The translations under genes and the position numbers were made by a program. The notes below the pieces were generated by a model. It had not been told where the DNA came from. It did not search any database and was given only the letters and a program-made list of their open reading frames with translations. Below, in pieces: positions 12,541 to 27,464 of a stretch of 64,000 bases of DNA (position 1 is its first letter; each line of letters begins with the position of its first letter). This stretch comes from Eledone cirrhosa (lineage: Eukaryota): positions 44,144,001-44,208,000 of the forward strand of contig OZ024754.1 of assembly GCA_964016885.1 (NCBI GenBank). Direction: 5' to 3'.

Positions 12541-13310
12541 GATATATAGACTTCACTAGTTGTTGCAGACAACATATTCTAGTAGTAATTCTTTTACGTA
12601 CACTTGGAACAAATGGCTTATGAAGCCACTGTATTCGACAAGTTACAAATTGCACTTATCGAAGTTTACTGGGTTAACAGAAACCCTGGGTCCGAACCGG
12701 CATGTGTAACTGCCATTTTACTAATATACACTTGGTTAGCACTCTGGGACACGAGTTGCTCGATATGCGTTCAAACCATATCTTATTGAGCGAGTAATTG
12801 TGATCAAATGGTCTTATAGTGATTATTCTCTATTACCTCGTCTATATATATGTCCTCCCAGTTAACAAAACAACCAAAAGTATAAATAAATTGTATTAAC
12901 TTCCTCTTTACCTCTATTTATTTAGAATTCTGGGGTTTTTTTCACAGACTGGTCGAGATCTAAATTATGGCTGTATATTCGAAATATATTTTATTTTGAA
13001 AATTTTGCCGTTATTTAGTTCAATAGTGAGAGCTAGGTTCTTCACCGCCACATGACCTCACTAGTTGCTGCAGACAACATATTTTAGCAGTAATTATTTT
13101 ACGCTCACTGGGAAGGAATGGCTTCATTCTCTCTATAATTACAAGGTCTGCAGGTTTAGGTTAGCATTATGCAGCCATTGTATTCGGCAAGTTGCAAATT
13201 ACATTTATCGAAGTCGAAACAATTACATAACTCAATGGATATTTATTGAATGGTGCCGTTGATTAGATATATACAAGTGTAGTAAAGAATGCTGTCTTCC
13301 TAGAACTTAC

Positions 13311-13463
13311 CTGAACCGTTTGTATGATCACGGAAGGGTCCTGTTTTGTGTGTTGGTGTCGATCCAATATGGCGGACCCATTTCAATTCTTTATTGGACA
13401 GTGAGTTGCGCCAGCAACAGAAGTCTTCCTCGAATGAACAGAAGGCACATTTCGGAAGATCAT
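13311..13463 (-). CDS. ALK: Exon encoding start of MAM2
   Basis: Acceptor attacAG, donor GTAAGT; 153 bp, phase 1-1; DDLPKCAFCSFEEDFCCWRNSLSNKELKWVRHIGSTPTHKTGPFRDHTNGS shows the CxFExxxCxW and TGPxxDHT MAM motifs. Confidence 0.93.
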
Positions 13464-13922
13464 CTGTAATGAGATTAATTTCAGAGTTTAATTTGAAAAG
13501 AAACTTATAGAGTCTGACAAAAGCTTGGCGGATATTTACAGGTTCATCTGTTACGCTGGTGCTTATCTCACATTTTAGAGGTCTTAAACAAATATAGGTG
13601 AATCCCTTTTGAGTGGTGTAACCCCTTCGAAGGTAACATTTCTAAGTAGAGGAGTTGTATCGTGATATAATTTAATTTTTAAAGTGCAACCACTGTAATA
13701 AAGCGAGGAATTATTCCACCATAGGTTATCTTGAGGATCAGTCAAAGAGACATAAAACAGTAAAATGGTTGTTCAAAATCTTGAAAGTTGGAGTATATTG
13801 ATCAGTTAACAGTAAATATACAAAATGTGCCACCATGTTTGATCGGCTGGTTTCGGCTTGAAAAGGAGTTAAATAATAACAACAACAACTATAACAATAA
13901 CAATAACAGCAACAACACTTAC

Positions 13923-14042
13923 CACATCCTGTTTCATCTTCTTTTGAAACCTCACAGTTCTGTTCAATGTCACATTTTTTATCGCGAGAAATACACTGGT
14001 GACCATTGCACGGGATTTCGGAAATTGGACAGAAAACATTGT
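13923..14042 (-). CDS. ALK: Exon encoding LDL-receptor class A repeat
   Basis: Acceptor tactttAG, donor GTAAGT; 120 bp, phase 1-1; DNVFCPISEIPCNGHQCISRDKKCDIEQNCEVSKEDETGC has six Cys and the acidic DE..C ending. Confidence 0.92.
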
Positions 14043-14202
14043 CTAAAGTAATATAAACACAACAGAAAATCAACAGAAAATTAGGACACAAAACATACAG
14101 ATCTACTATTAATGATACATTTTGGACCACTTCACCCCCTCACGGCCACGTAATACCCTCGACCCCTATTTCCAGAGAGACCTGCCTACATGCAAATTGT
14201 AA

Positions 14203-14243
<41 letters not shown>

Positions 14244-14270
<27 letters not shown>

Positions 14271-14506
14271 CGAAAACGTTTGTCTGTATGGAGGCGATGT
14301 ATTTCCACAGTTTCCAGCCGATTTTGTTCAAATTTCAAACATAGGTTATTTAGCTCCCAGAGAATGTCAACATATAGTTGAAATCTTTCTCTTCCCTAAA
14401 ATAACAAAGTTCTGGGGCTATTTAAAGACGGCTATGTTGAGGAGAGAGAGGGTCTTTATTTACAGTGGCGAAAGGTGTGCCCAGCAACGGCGGGCTATTT
14501 TGATAG
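14244..14506 (+). mobile_element. Non-autonomous Helitron-like element nested in a hAT-like MITE
   Basis: 5' TCTATATA..., 3' GC hairpin (GCCCAGCAACGGCGGGC) then ATAG/CTAG-like end; splits the repeat otherwise seen intact at 17273-17560. Confidence 0.6.
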
Positions 14507-14816
14507 TATATATATAAACTCGTTAATTTATATATAATAAATAATATAATATATACTATGCATAAATATTATATATTTTTAATTTTACTATATTTATATA
14601 TAATATATATAATATATACCATTTGATATTTGATATATTATTATATCATCTACGAGGAATTGATTAGAGTAGAAGATTCTTCTTCTTCTTCTTCTTCTTC
14701 TTCTTCTTCTTCTTCTTCTTCTTCTTCTTCTTCTTCTTCTTCTTCTTCTTCTTCTTCTTCTTCTTCTTCTTCTTCTTCTTCTTCTTCTTCTTCTTCTTCT
14801 TCTTCTTCTTCTTCTT

Positions 14817-14847
<31 letters not shown>

Positions 14848-15144
14848 TTCTTCTCCCCCTCGTCCCCCCTTCTTCTTTACAGTAGTATATATTATAGTAT
14901 AGATAGTACTATGTAACAGTGGTACAAAAAACTGATGAGCTAATCATAAACCTTAAGGGAGTTTCGGATTCAGTTTGTGGGGCACCCCCATCCCACAATA
15001 GACAAACATTACATCTGAGATACTCCAGACCAAATTGTGTGCCAAATTGGCTAGAATTGGCTGGAAAGTAATATATAGACCCACACGTGCACGCCCACCC
15101 ATGCACACACATACATATACATGACGTACACACACACACGGATT

Positions 15145-15253
<109 letters not shown>

Positions 15254-15278
15254 TATAATATATATACACACATACATG

Positions 15279-15309
<31 letters not shown>

Positions 15310-15468
15310 GCTCTAATTGGTATGCAGAGAAAACAAACATACATGCTTACATATACATATATTAGAAGTGGTTCAATATTTAGGAATATGTACACACATG
15401 CATATATACATACACATATCTACACACATGCACACACACATACACATACACACACACATACATATCTA

Positions 15469-15523
<55 letters not shown>

Positions 15524-15668
15524 GCCTCTACATGCATCACTTTATAGTGTAGCCATAGTCATCGTATGTGTGTATCCGTATATTGCAGGGAGATAAAATG
15601 ATTCATTTTCAAATATTAATTTGATGACTATCCCCAAAGCAAACATAGTTATTTTGTTTTTATATAAT

Positions 15669-15729
<61 letters not shown>

Positions 15730-15787
15730 TAAAGATAGAGAGAGAGAGACATATACATATATATATATATACACACACATATACATC

Positions 15788-15818
<31 letters not shown>

Positions 15819-15884
15819 GTGTATGTATATATATATATATATATATAGCATCCTCGCTCGTAACCACAAGTTACTCACATAATA

Positions 15885-16004
<120 letters not shown>

Positions 16005-16162
16005 GTGCGTGTGTATGCATATATGTATATGTATATATATATATATATGCGTGTGTGTGCGTGTGTGTGTGTGTGAGACTGTGAGTGTGTGTATATGTAT
16101 GCATATATATATATACACACACACATATATATATATATGTATAAATATGTGTGCATGTATGC

Positions 16163-16241
<79 letters not shown>

Positions 16242-16928
16242 TATAAAGATATATTACGTGTGCTTTATCACACATACACACATCACACACACACACAGAC
16301 ACACTCACACTCACATAAACAGTTGTATATTCTCACACATATACTACGATTAAATTTATATTTGTATGCATAATGTACGTATCCAACAAATTTGTGACTA
16401 AATTGACTAGAAGAGCAAAATACGAATGTTTAGAGAAAGATACAAGGGTTGAATATATTGTTAAAGCTTTGAACAGTGAGAGAATGATATCAGATGACTC
16501 AAGGGCTTGTTAATCAGCGTACGGCTTTAATTGGAGTTAGAAAGGTCTTCAAAGCTACTAACTTAAAGGCATTTCACTGGTCACAATATGGCGCCAACAG
16601 CAACTCATATCATATCGTCTGTCGTTTCATGAAATGGTCGCCTGCTCTTTCATAAACGATTGGTGAAACTTGGAACAGTTTTGTTAGAGTAGATAAAAGT
16701 TACTGCTAAAACGAGCCGTTTTTTTAATTCTGTTTATAGTCTGTTCTTTTATTTATTTATTCATTTATTTATTCGTTTATTTATTTACTTATTTATATAT
16801 TTATATATTTATTTGTTTATGCTGTATACTATTAGTGTCTGTTGTTTGGGGGGTTAACATCCTCTTCTATCTCATTGTTATTACTGAAACGACTATCATC
16901 ATCATCATCATTATTATCATCATCGTCG

Positions 16929-17020
<92 letters not shown>

Positions 17021-17272
17021 GAATTTACTGGCGCCGAGTATTTGTTACAATAATGTCTCCACAATGAGAGTGAACAGTAGATGAGTCACCACACAATACA
17101 CCACACAAACGCCTGGACAATGTTTAAATGGTGACTTCCACATTTCAATATTATTGGTCAGACTTCGACTGTGAGGGTCAAAGTTATACCAATGTCACAG
17201 TCAATATTTAGATGGTGACTTCCATATTTCAATACTATTGGTCAGATCTGGACTGTGGGGCTATTGTTATAC

Positions 17273-17560
17273 CAGAGGTTCTCTATCTTTTGCCCCCCCC
17301 CCTCACGGCCACGTAATACCCTCACCGCCCCAACCCTATTTCCAGAGAGACCTACCTACACTCAAGTTGTAAATAATATATACTAAATAAAATCGTTATT
17401 TCATATATAATAAATAATATAATATATACTATGTATAAATAAATATTATATATTTTTTATTTTACTATATTTATATATAATATATATCATTTGATATTTA
17501 ATATACTATTATATCAACTCTACTGTTCCCCACTGCCCCCTTAAGCTCCAGTGCCCCAGA
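17273..17560 (+). mobile_element. hAT-like non-autonomous element
   Basis: Begins CAGAGGTTCTC; same family at ~32560-32841 (minus) and ~14135-14650. Confidence 0.6.
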
Positions 17561-18071
17561 TGTAGACCCTGAGCAGGATGGATGATCACGCTTGGAGATC
17601 CAGCCGGATCAGTTGGAGACGGTTGTTTCTGATAGGATCCGTTGGAAGGAGTGTTTGAGGACTCTACCTCCAACGACCCTCCCAGGAATTAGTGGGCGAT
17701 GATGATGATGAAGAAGAAGAAGAAGAAGAAGAAGAAGAAGAAGAAGAAGAAGAAGAAGAAGAAGAAGAAGAAGAAGAAGAAGAAGAAGAAGAAGAAGAAG
17801 AAGAAGAAGAAGAAGAAGAAGAAGAAGAAGAAGAAGAAGAAGAAGAAGGCCAGTAATTTCTCGAACACTTATATTAGGGCATTGTTATAGAGACTTCAGG
17901 GTAACAAGAAGCTGTCCATCGGTCCCGCACATTCCACTAAAAGTCTCGTGGAACGCAGTCGTATGCCTTGTCGAAGTTTACGAAACGAGCACACCCCTTT
18001 TGGCATCCAGGATTTCTTGAACACACATCAAATATATCCTTATTTAAATATTGACCTTTCAAACCTAGATA

Positions 18072-18195
18072 CAGGGTGGCCCAAAAGTCGCGATACATAA
18101 CAAAAAATAATGTTTTATAAGAAACAATTTATTAAAAATAAATAAATATGGAAACTTAAAAATTTCCTATGAATTGCGACTTTTGGGTCACCTTG
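18072..18195. mobile_element. Tc1/mariner MITE
   Basis: TA-CAGGGTGGCCCAAAAGTCGC ... GCGACTTTTGGGTCACCTTG-TA. Confidence 0.85.
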
Positions 18196-18255
18196 TACTA
18201 TCTATTTATATTTCCTGTTTTCTCAGCAAAAGATCAACTGGAGTTGGACCCTTAC

Positions 18256-18386
18256 CGTCATCCGTGCAGTTATCAAAACTCACGAAATACAACAAAGTGT
18301 AGGGTGTTGATTTATTCGTTGCTGTAATATGAAATCCCATTCTGAATATTTCTTTGACTTCACCGACGACCACTGTATTGTTGACA
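18256..18386 (-). CDS. ALK: Exon of ALK-like gene (MAM1 C-terminal part)
   Basis: Acceptor tttctatttctAG, donor GTAAGG; 131 bp, phase 2 to 1; VNNTVVVGEVKEIFRMGFHITATNKSTPYTLLYFVSFDNCTDD; compatible with both neighbouring exons. Confidence 0.85.
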
Positions 18387-18419
18387 CTAGAAATAGAAAT
18401 ATGTAAATAGATATTATAT

Positions 18420-19100
18420 ACTTGTCGTGAAAATAAATCCTTAGAATAACCCTTTAAATGAAAATAAACAACATATTGGAACTAAAATTTATTTATTCTG
18501 CAAAAGCATAATCTCTATTGAATGCAATAACATCTTTATAGTCCTTATGCAAGACATTTAACTCTTTCTGGAACCGTTCTTTTGGTAATGTCGAAACCAG
18601 CGCCATGATTCATCAACCACCTCTTCTAATGTAGATAAAACAAATTTTATTTGTTTATTCCACTAACATGTGCAACGCAATGATTGTTTTGGTTCTGTAT
18701 CAATGATACTTTGAATGAGTTGAATGTTGGCATAAATAGTTGTTGTGCAAGGACGGCCAGAAGGAGGAGCATCAATAAGTGATGATCTACTGCCATCTTT
18801 CACCCAATGATAAATGGTAGAATTTGCAGGAACGTTGTTAATTCCACCATCATTCAATTGTGTAATAATATTTGTTGCTGATTTGCCTCGTTTCCATTCA
18901 ATGAAAACATATGCTCTAAAGTTTTCTTGACTTAAATCCATTCAATGCGTGTATTTTAAACTCACGAGAATGACAACGAAATAATTATGTATAGGCCTGT
19001 GACAAAATACAGTATTCATACAGAATATCACACGTGTACAACAAAGTTCAAATTCCAACTAATATTAACTACAACGTGAGTAGAAATCGGATCTCGTGTT
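18420..19100 (-). mobile_element. Internally deleted mariner transposon
   Basis: MDLSQENFRAYVFIEWKRGKSA...STIYHWV...SLIDAPPSGRP is a mariner N-terminal HTH; the catalytic domain is missing. Boundaries approximate. Confidence 0.75.
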
Positions 19101-19402
19101 TAGAGAAGCGCTATTACGTAGTCTCATCAAGATATTGATTCTTTCATCAATGCACAACCAGCAAGACAAAGTCCCATTTCCGTATGGCCTAGATTTAGTT
19201 ATAACTTTCCATTAGATGGAGTAATCCACGCATGCATTCTTGAGGGACGATACGTGGCTTGCGAGCTTCGTGGATGAACGTTTCTCCGGGTGTCTAAAAG
19301 TCAACAGATGATTTAGGAAGCGTTCTTTGAACCGACCTTCCAAGCGTAGGCCATACGGAAATGGGAATTCCGCCAATCTACCGTCCTTAACAATGTTAGT
19401 AA

Positions 19403-19593
19403 TAATTGTTTCTACTTTTGGCACAAGGCCAGCAATTAACCAGTGCATTACTGGTACTTTATTTTATCGACCCCGTAAGGATGAAAGGCAAAGTTAACCT
19501 CGGCGGGATTTGAACTCAGACCATAAAGGGCCGTAATTCTTTGCTGCAAAGCATGGCGTCCGACTCTCTACCGATACTTCCAATCCACCGACC
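19403..19593 (-). mobile_element. Same abundant SINE, with target-site duplication
   Basis: Flanked by direct repeat TAACAATGTTAGTAATAAT (19388 and 19594). Confidence 0.88.
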
Positions 19594-20538
19594 TAACAAT
19601 GTTAGTAATAATAAAAGTCTGTACAGTACTTGTTAGATTAGGAGCATCAGCAATACCAATACCACATTTCATTACCAATTAACCTCGACCTTGTGACAAC
19701 ACTACCAACCCACCATCATTCCATGGTTAGAAATATTTAAAGCATTTATATCAGCAACAACACTCGAATAATCTCTCGTACAAACATTGTCACAACCATC
19801 AACACAAAAACAATTCTCTTCAGAAAATGTAACGGAAGTATATTTCCGGTAAATTGAAATGAAAAGTAATATAAAATATGGTACATGTCATTTCTATGTT
19901 CTGACATTTCTCACATACACATTGTCATCGTCTAAATGTTTAGTTTCAGACGAAAATTCCATCGAGAAACACCACAGCAACCGATCAACGTATAGGTCGA
20001 TATGTTTGTGACATCTTCCTGGTTACTAAACTACAAACGGTGGCGACATTGTTGTTAGGAGGACATCGTAAAGACATCGAGACCTGTCTTAAATCGTTAC
20101 CAACAAATAAGGCTGTCACAACAGCTCCATCTCAGAAATATAAGAAGAGTACACATACAGATAGAGGTACATACACAGACATACACAGACAGACAGATGT
20201 ACATACACATACATACACATACAGACACACATACACAGACATACACATACAGACAGATGTAGATACACAGACATACACATACAGACAGATGTGCAAACAC
20301 AGACGTACACATACAGACACATACAGACACAGACATACACATACAGACACAGACATACAGATACAGACACAGACATACACATACATACACATACAGACAC
20401 AGACATACACACACATACACAGACATACACATACACACACATGTACATACACAGACATACACATACAGACACACATACTCATACAGACACATGCACATAC
20501 ACAGACACATACATATACAGACACATATACACACACAT

Positions 20539-20571
<33 letters not shown>

Positions 20572-20787
20572 CACATATATATATATGTGTGTGTGTATGT
20601 ATGGATGTACTAATGTGGGCGTGTATACGTGTGAACATATCTTTGTGTGTGTATATATATATATATGTATATATATATATGTGTAGGTATATGTATATAT
20701 ATATATATATATATCCATATACACACGCATATATATGTATGGAACATAATATCAACACGATGACACACTCTCTCTCTTTCTCTCACT

Positions 20788-20819
<32 letters not shown>

Positions 20820-20825
20820 CTGTTG

Positions 20826-20867
<42 letters not shown>

Positions 20868-21642
20868 CTCATGCTAGCTCTCTCATACACACACACACTC
20901 TCTCTCTTGCTCTCTCTTTCTCTCTCACACATACACACACACTCTCTCTCTCATACACACACACACACACTCTCTCTCTCACACACACTCACACACTCAC
21001 ATACCCCCCCCCCCCCACTGTTAAATAAAACGAATCACAAGAATACTAAATCAGAAATCCCAAAGAAATACTTTTAAAAAAATGTAGAGAAAAAAAATAA
21101 AGATAAACAAAAACATAAACATATGCAATAAAAAAAGATAAACAAAAAAACAGATTAACAAAAAATAAGAAACAAAAAAGATAAACAAAAAATAAACATA
21201 AACAAAAAATAAACATAAAATTCCAAGAGTGGTGCTCCAGCATGGCCTCAGCCGAATGGCTGTAACAGGCAAAACAGTAAAAGAGTAAATAGAGGAAAAT
21301 AAAGATAAACAAAAAATAAAGATAAACAAAAAATAAAGATACAGAAAAAATTAAGTTAAACGATTTCAAAAATTCTTCAAACTACAAAAGAACCCCTCCC
21401 CCTCAAAAAAAAAATACAAACAAACAAACAAACAAACAAACAAACAAACAAACCTAAGCTATAAAATAAAGACTCTGGACATAAATTCTATATTTTTCAT
21501 AAAATCTACTTAGACAAGCTTTTAAAATTCCCTCCGCATAATTTGTCGATAATTACTGGAATAATTAAACAAACACTCAGTCCTACACACTAATCAATAA
21601 ACTCTTTAAATATTGAGTGCCAGTACACACACACACACACAC

Positions 21643-21678
<36 letters not shown>

Positions 21679-21803
21679 TATATATATTATATATATATAC
21701 ACACACACACACATATATATATAATAAATGTAATCTGAGTTTTTCGAATATTAATAATAATATTCGATTCGTTTGCAATTAACAGCCTCTTTTTTTCCTT
21801 TTT

Positions 21804-21873
<70 letters not shown>

Positions 21874-22177
21874 AAAAGAAATCGAAAATGCAGCTGGAGT
21901 TTTTTTAAGAATATTTATTTATTTATTCAATTACCGGTTTCACAGTTCTTATGCTTTTCAAAAGTAGAATTAAGATGGAGGGTTTGTGGTAGGACAGAAC
22001 AAAGGATGGACACACAATAAAAGCCTAGTCACATAATGTGTGACGAAAGAGCTTTGACAATATATGAACAACCATCCTGTTATTGAACCAACCAACCAAC
22101 AGTAAATTTATAATAAATTGAAGTGAAAACCAACAGGTGCGTGTGTTTTTATTGGCTGCATGACCCGCACAAAGTAT

Positions 22178-22275
<98 letters not shown>

Positions 22276-22698
22276 GACGTAAAATAACCTCGATGTCACG
22301 TGATTGATTCTTTTGAATTTGCCACCGACCAAGTAGGCAGTGATTTTTTCAATGTCTTGGAATTTAGTCCACGCTTGCTTTTTTCCATCCACTGAATTAT
22401 TTTTGTATAAGTTCCCTGTGTCCACGCATCGCCTGGGAACTTAGCTGAGAATAGACTTCCTGATGACGAAAGGCCTTCTCCATGTGTTCCATTTGGAAAC
22501 CATGTTTATTCCCTTTCAGGAATTAATTAGTTGGAGTGAAATTTTAGTAAGTTAATTTTTATAATTTTCTTATTGTACGTCTTTCATATAATTGTTCTGC
22601 ATCCCCTTGCACTGAACCGTAAAGTTACTAAGACAGAACCTATATATTTGCTAGCATAGGTATGCATCTGTATATATATGTTGGTAGATATACTAATT

Positions 22699-22753
<55 letters not shown>

Positions 22754-23004
22754 TTCACTTATATTGAATTCCAGCAGAGTGCAGGGTAAAGGGACCACTG
22801 TCGTGATAACGGCCATCAGTCAGAAATGATAATCAGCAGTTACCCTCTCTTGCTTCTGTTGGAATTCGCTAGATGGCGCTAAGCCATCGGCTCCCAAAAT
22901 TCATAGCTAATGGCTTTCAAATGTTTGTTCGTAAACATACCATATATCATTAGATATACAAAATATACATACTTATGCCCCCCCCCCATATATATATATA
23001 TGCT

Positions 23005-23114
<110 letters not shown>

Positions 23115-23553
23115 AGTTAAGAGAAAATTGGTCAGCATAACTTTAACTCTTGATAAAAGAGTTAAAGTTATGCTGAATTAATATTAGCAACATTTGAGTG
23201 AGGGGGTTATCTAAGGGCTAAAGTGTTGTTAGGGTTACTGTGGTAGTGAGGGGTTAGCTGAGGGTTAAAGTGTTGTTAGGGTTACTGTGGAGGTTTGTTT
23301 GTGTGTGGTTAGTGACAGATAATGAGCAAATAATGGGGTTTGTTTGTGTGGCGATGTGAAAGGATTGATTTAGCTGTAGTAGTTTGGAAAAGACATCTGT
23401 TTTCTCTCAGCTAAGAATATTGACGAGACCTCTGCCAGATGCAAGAACAACAACTTTGCATATGGTCTCAGGTAGGTTTATATATAGAAATGTATAATGT
23501 ATGTGAGTGTGTATGTGTGTGAGAGAGAGTGTGTGTGTGTGTGTGAGAGAGAG

Positions 23554-23621
<68 letters not shown>

Positions 23622-24263
23622 AGCGTATGTGTGTGTGTAAGTGCGTGTATGTGTGTGTGAGTGTGTAAGTGTGTATGAGAGAGTGTGTGTATGTGTGTGA
23701 ATGTGTGTGAGTGTGTGTTTGTATGTGTGTGTGAGTGAGTGTGTGCGAGCGTGTGTGGATGTGTGTGTGTATGAGTGTGTTTATGTAAATGTAGGAGTCT
23801 GCAACAGTATATGTATATATGTATGTATTCATGCATACACGTACATATATAGATATGCCAGCAATACTAAAAGAAACTAAAAACAGACACAGAGAATTAT
23901 GTTTTAGAATGAAGGCAGAATTTCAGTCCAAAACTCCAAATATTACTCGGGAAACCTTTAACCTTGACCCTAACCCTAACCTTGACACTAACCTTTGCAG
24001 ATTTGATTTACCAAAACAGACAAATATTATTTACCAGGGAACACATACAAATCATACCTGAATCTGCTAACGTTCACAGGAAAAGAATTTCACTAAAAAT
24101 ATGTCGAATCTTCATTGAATTCTTGCATAATTTTAGCAGTCATCTGAAGTTGTAGTTTCGAGTTAATTATTTCTAGTTAATTATTTCTAGTTAATTATTT
24201 CGAGTTAATTATTTCGTCTCACATCTCTGATCGAGCAAATTATGATGAAAGGCATTAAAGTAT

Positions 24264-24329
<66 letters not shown>

Positions 24330-24485
24330 CGCCAGACTTAAAATGCCCCCCGGGACCCAATCCTGACCAGACCAGACCAGATATCTTACAGAGAAGCACA
24401 GAAAGTGAGGAAGAGGAAGTGAGATAGAGGAAGAATTAACCCCAGTACTTGACTGGTACATTTTTTTAATCGACCTCGAAATAAT

Positions 24486-24688
24486 ATTGGTTTCTTATGT
24501 GGGCACAAGGCCAGCAATTTTGGAGGAGGGTAAAGTCGATTAAATTGACCCCAGTGCGTGACTGGTACTTTATTTTATCGACCCAGTAAGGATGAAAGGC
24601 AAAGTTAACCTCAGATCATAAAGGACCGTAACTCTATGCTGCAAAGTATGGCGTCCGACCCTCTGCCTATACTGCCAATCTACCGCCT
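24486..24688 (-). mobile_element. Same abundant SINE
   Basis: Flanked by CCTCGAAATAATA direct repeat. Confidence 0.85.
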
Positions 24689-25614
24689 CGAAATAATAAT
24701 ACCATGTATATTATTAGACATTAAACAATCTATATAAGAACACAGGTTTGATTGGTTTTCATGCAACAACGTCGTTATTTCTCAAAAAAAACAACAACAA
24801 CAAAAACAAACAAAAAACAAGACAAAAAAAAACAACAACAAAAACATCATCACAAAACTTCTTACAATAATTGAAATCTATTCAGGGTATCCAATGAACG
24901 GAACGTTTTCTAATCCGGTTTCCCATATCATGAAACGGATATTTTTTATAAATATAACAAGAGATGTAGAAAGAATGAACGTTCTATTGATGTTGGAGTG
25001 GGACTGGGAGAGAGAAAATAACATTCAGTTGAGGAGGAAGTAAACAAACATCATTTCTATCTTTACAATGACAACAATAATACTAATATTGATATTAAAC
25101 TACATTTTCCATTTATATATTTTTTGAGCAAACGTAAGAAATATTTCTTTTGGTAAATGCGAACAATTGAGGAATTTTCTCCAGTAAATGTTTGAATCTA
25201 TCTTCTTTGTATTTGAGAAAAAGTTCATCAAGTTTAAGTTCCTTGAACGGATTTCACACACAGTACATTATGGTGGCTGTTGTGGCCGTAATTCTGTCCC
25301 AGGCCAGTCCTTTGATCGTCGGACACCTGACGTAAGGCCCCGCACCACATAAATATCCGTTCCGATTTTCTCCCTTACAGACGGATCACCGAAACGGCCC
25401 AAACAGTCTGGAAATATTCTCCCATTTACAACCGAATACCTTTCTCCTCTTCGTGACCATCTTCATCGCTGATACCAGTCATGTACGTGGCTGGCACGAC
25501 AGGAAGGTAGAACGAATAGAAAGCTGTCTTGAATTTGACAATTTCAATTTATTTTTCTAAAGTGAATTTCTCAAAGATCAGCTGGTTCTCGGGTAGAGCG
25601 GTGTCCAAATCAAG

Positions 25615-25690
<76 letters not shown>

Positions 25691-26290
25691 CGTATATTGA
25701 TAGTCTCCGGAGTAAGTCTTTCTCTGTTCTGTCCACTGGAACCATGATGCGGAGCGGATTGCATCAAGAGCTTTTTCCCACATTGTCCAAACATATATTA
25801 TTAAACTACCGATGGTTTAAGTTGTTGATATTTATCAATGATTCATAATAAATATTTTTATGTTTTAGGTTAATGGTAAGCTATTTTATCCATTAAGACA
25901 AACAACAACAGCAACAACAACAATAGAGACATAAGGATTCTACGATTTTACGATTCTTTGATTCTTCGATTCTACAATTCTATAGATAACATTTGACACC
26001 TAAAACCTTTGACAGAAATATCGATTGTGTATATATGTAAAATAATATTGATATTTCTTTAGAGGTATTTACCTACTTTCTGATATTATTTCACATTTCA
26101 TATGATAGGGATTCTTAAGACACACACAACTTTCAGTTTCCTTTCATTATTTTCCTATAGTAAACATTTTTTATTCTGCTAGGAATGAAAAACGGATGGA
26201 AAATAAATAGCGAGAAAAAAATGATCACAGAAAAGCAAATAAATATACGCTATACATACGTGTGTTTATCTACTTAGGGATATATAACAA

Positions 26291-26348
<58 letters not shown>

Positions 26349-26564
26349 GAACGATCGACTTTCGTCAAATCGGACCGAGGGAACAGTGTTTCCGTTGGTC
26401 TTTCCAATTGCTAATACTATCTATCGGTCGCAACTCCAGGTAGAAGGAGCAACGTGAAATAAAGTGTCTTGCTCAAGGACATAACGCATCGCCTGGTCCA
26501 GGAATCGAACTCACAACCTTACGATTGCGAATCCAATACCCTAACCACTCAGCCACACGCCTTC

Positions 26565-26600
<36 letters not shown>

Positions 26601-26632
26601 ATGTATATATATATATGTGTATATATGTATGA

Positions 26633-26676
<44 letters not shown>

Positions 26677-26957
26677 GTTTATATATGACAAGAATACTAA
26701 GATTACCTTTATCTAGTATATGTCAGCATTTTAGAGATACTAAAGTTATCTATTAGTCATAAAACATATAGTAACCGCAAAACTGAAAACAAAGTTTACA
26801 ATCTCGATTTTGTCACAGATATCCTTCCATATTTATAATCAGTTTTAGGTAAATCTTGAAAATCTAACATTGATATATTTGAAATCACTGTTTATGAAGT
26901 AATTAACCAAGCAATCAGTCAATCAGCCTTATATCCAATCAATTAATCGATACTTAC

Positions 26958-27153
26958 TCTTCATTTTCAACAGGTATTGCGTCCGTGTATTCCGTGAGGA
27001 TCTTTGATTCTGTCTGAATGACCAGTGAGACATTAACATTATGAGTTCGAATGCTGTAGAAAAACTGACAGTTGGTAGCCGAGTTATTAAACCAGGGACT
27101 GACCAGGTAAAAACTGTCGTTAAGTTTCAGATTATGAATGAGGGTCATGTATT
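26958..27153 (-). CDS. ALK: Exon of ALK-like MAM-LDLa-MAM receptor gene (MAM1, middle)
   Basis: Acceptor tttgtatttcAG, donor GTAAGT; 196 bp, phase 1 to 2; YMTLIHNLKLNDSFYLVSPWFNNSATNCQFFYSIRTHNVNVSLVIQTESKILTEYTDAIPVENE contains the MAM LxSP..C motif; frame-compatible with the next exon. Confidence 0.85.
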
Positions 27154-27246
27154 CTGAAATACAAAGAAAGAAAAAGAAAAATCAATAAATTTGGACGATA
27201 TCAATGAGATATTTGACTCTTTTTCCTATAAATAGTAGCGGTAATA

Positions 27247-27464
27247 TGGTTTCTGATTTAGACATAAGGTGAACAGTTTTGAGGAGGGGAAAGTCGATTA
27301 AATTAACCCCAGTGCATTACTGGTACTTTATTTTATCGACCCCGTAAGGATGAAATGCAAAGTTAACCTCGGTGGGATTTGAACTCAGAACATAAAGAGC
27401 CGTAACTATCTGCTACAAAGCATGACGTGTCCGGTGCTCTAACGATTCTGCCAATCCACCGACC
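27247..27464 (-). mobile_element. Same abundant SINE
   Basis: Full head, central domain and tail. Confidence 0.85.

Noticed and set aside
23200-23995. Interstitial telomere (TTAGGG/CCCTAA-like)
   Set aside because: Only a few degenerate units inside a short tandem duplication and a repeat fragment.
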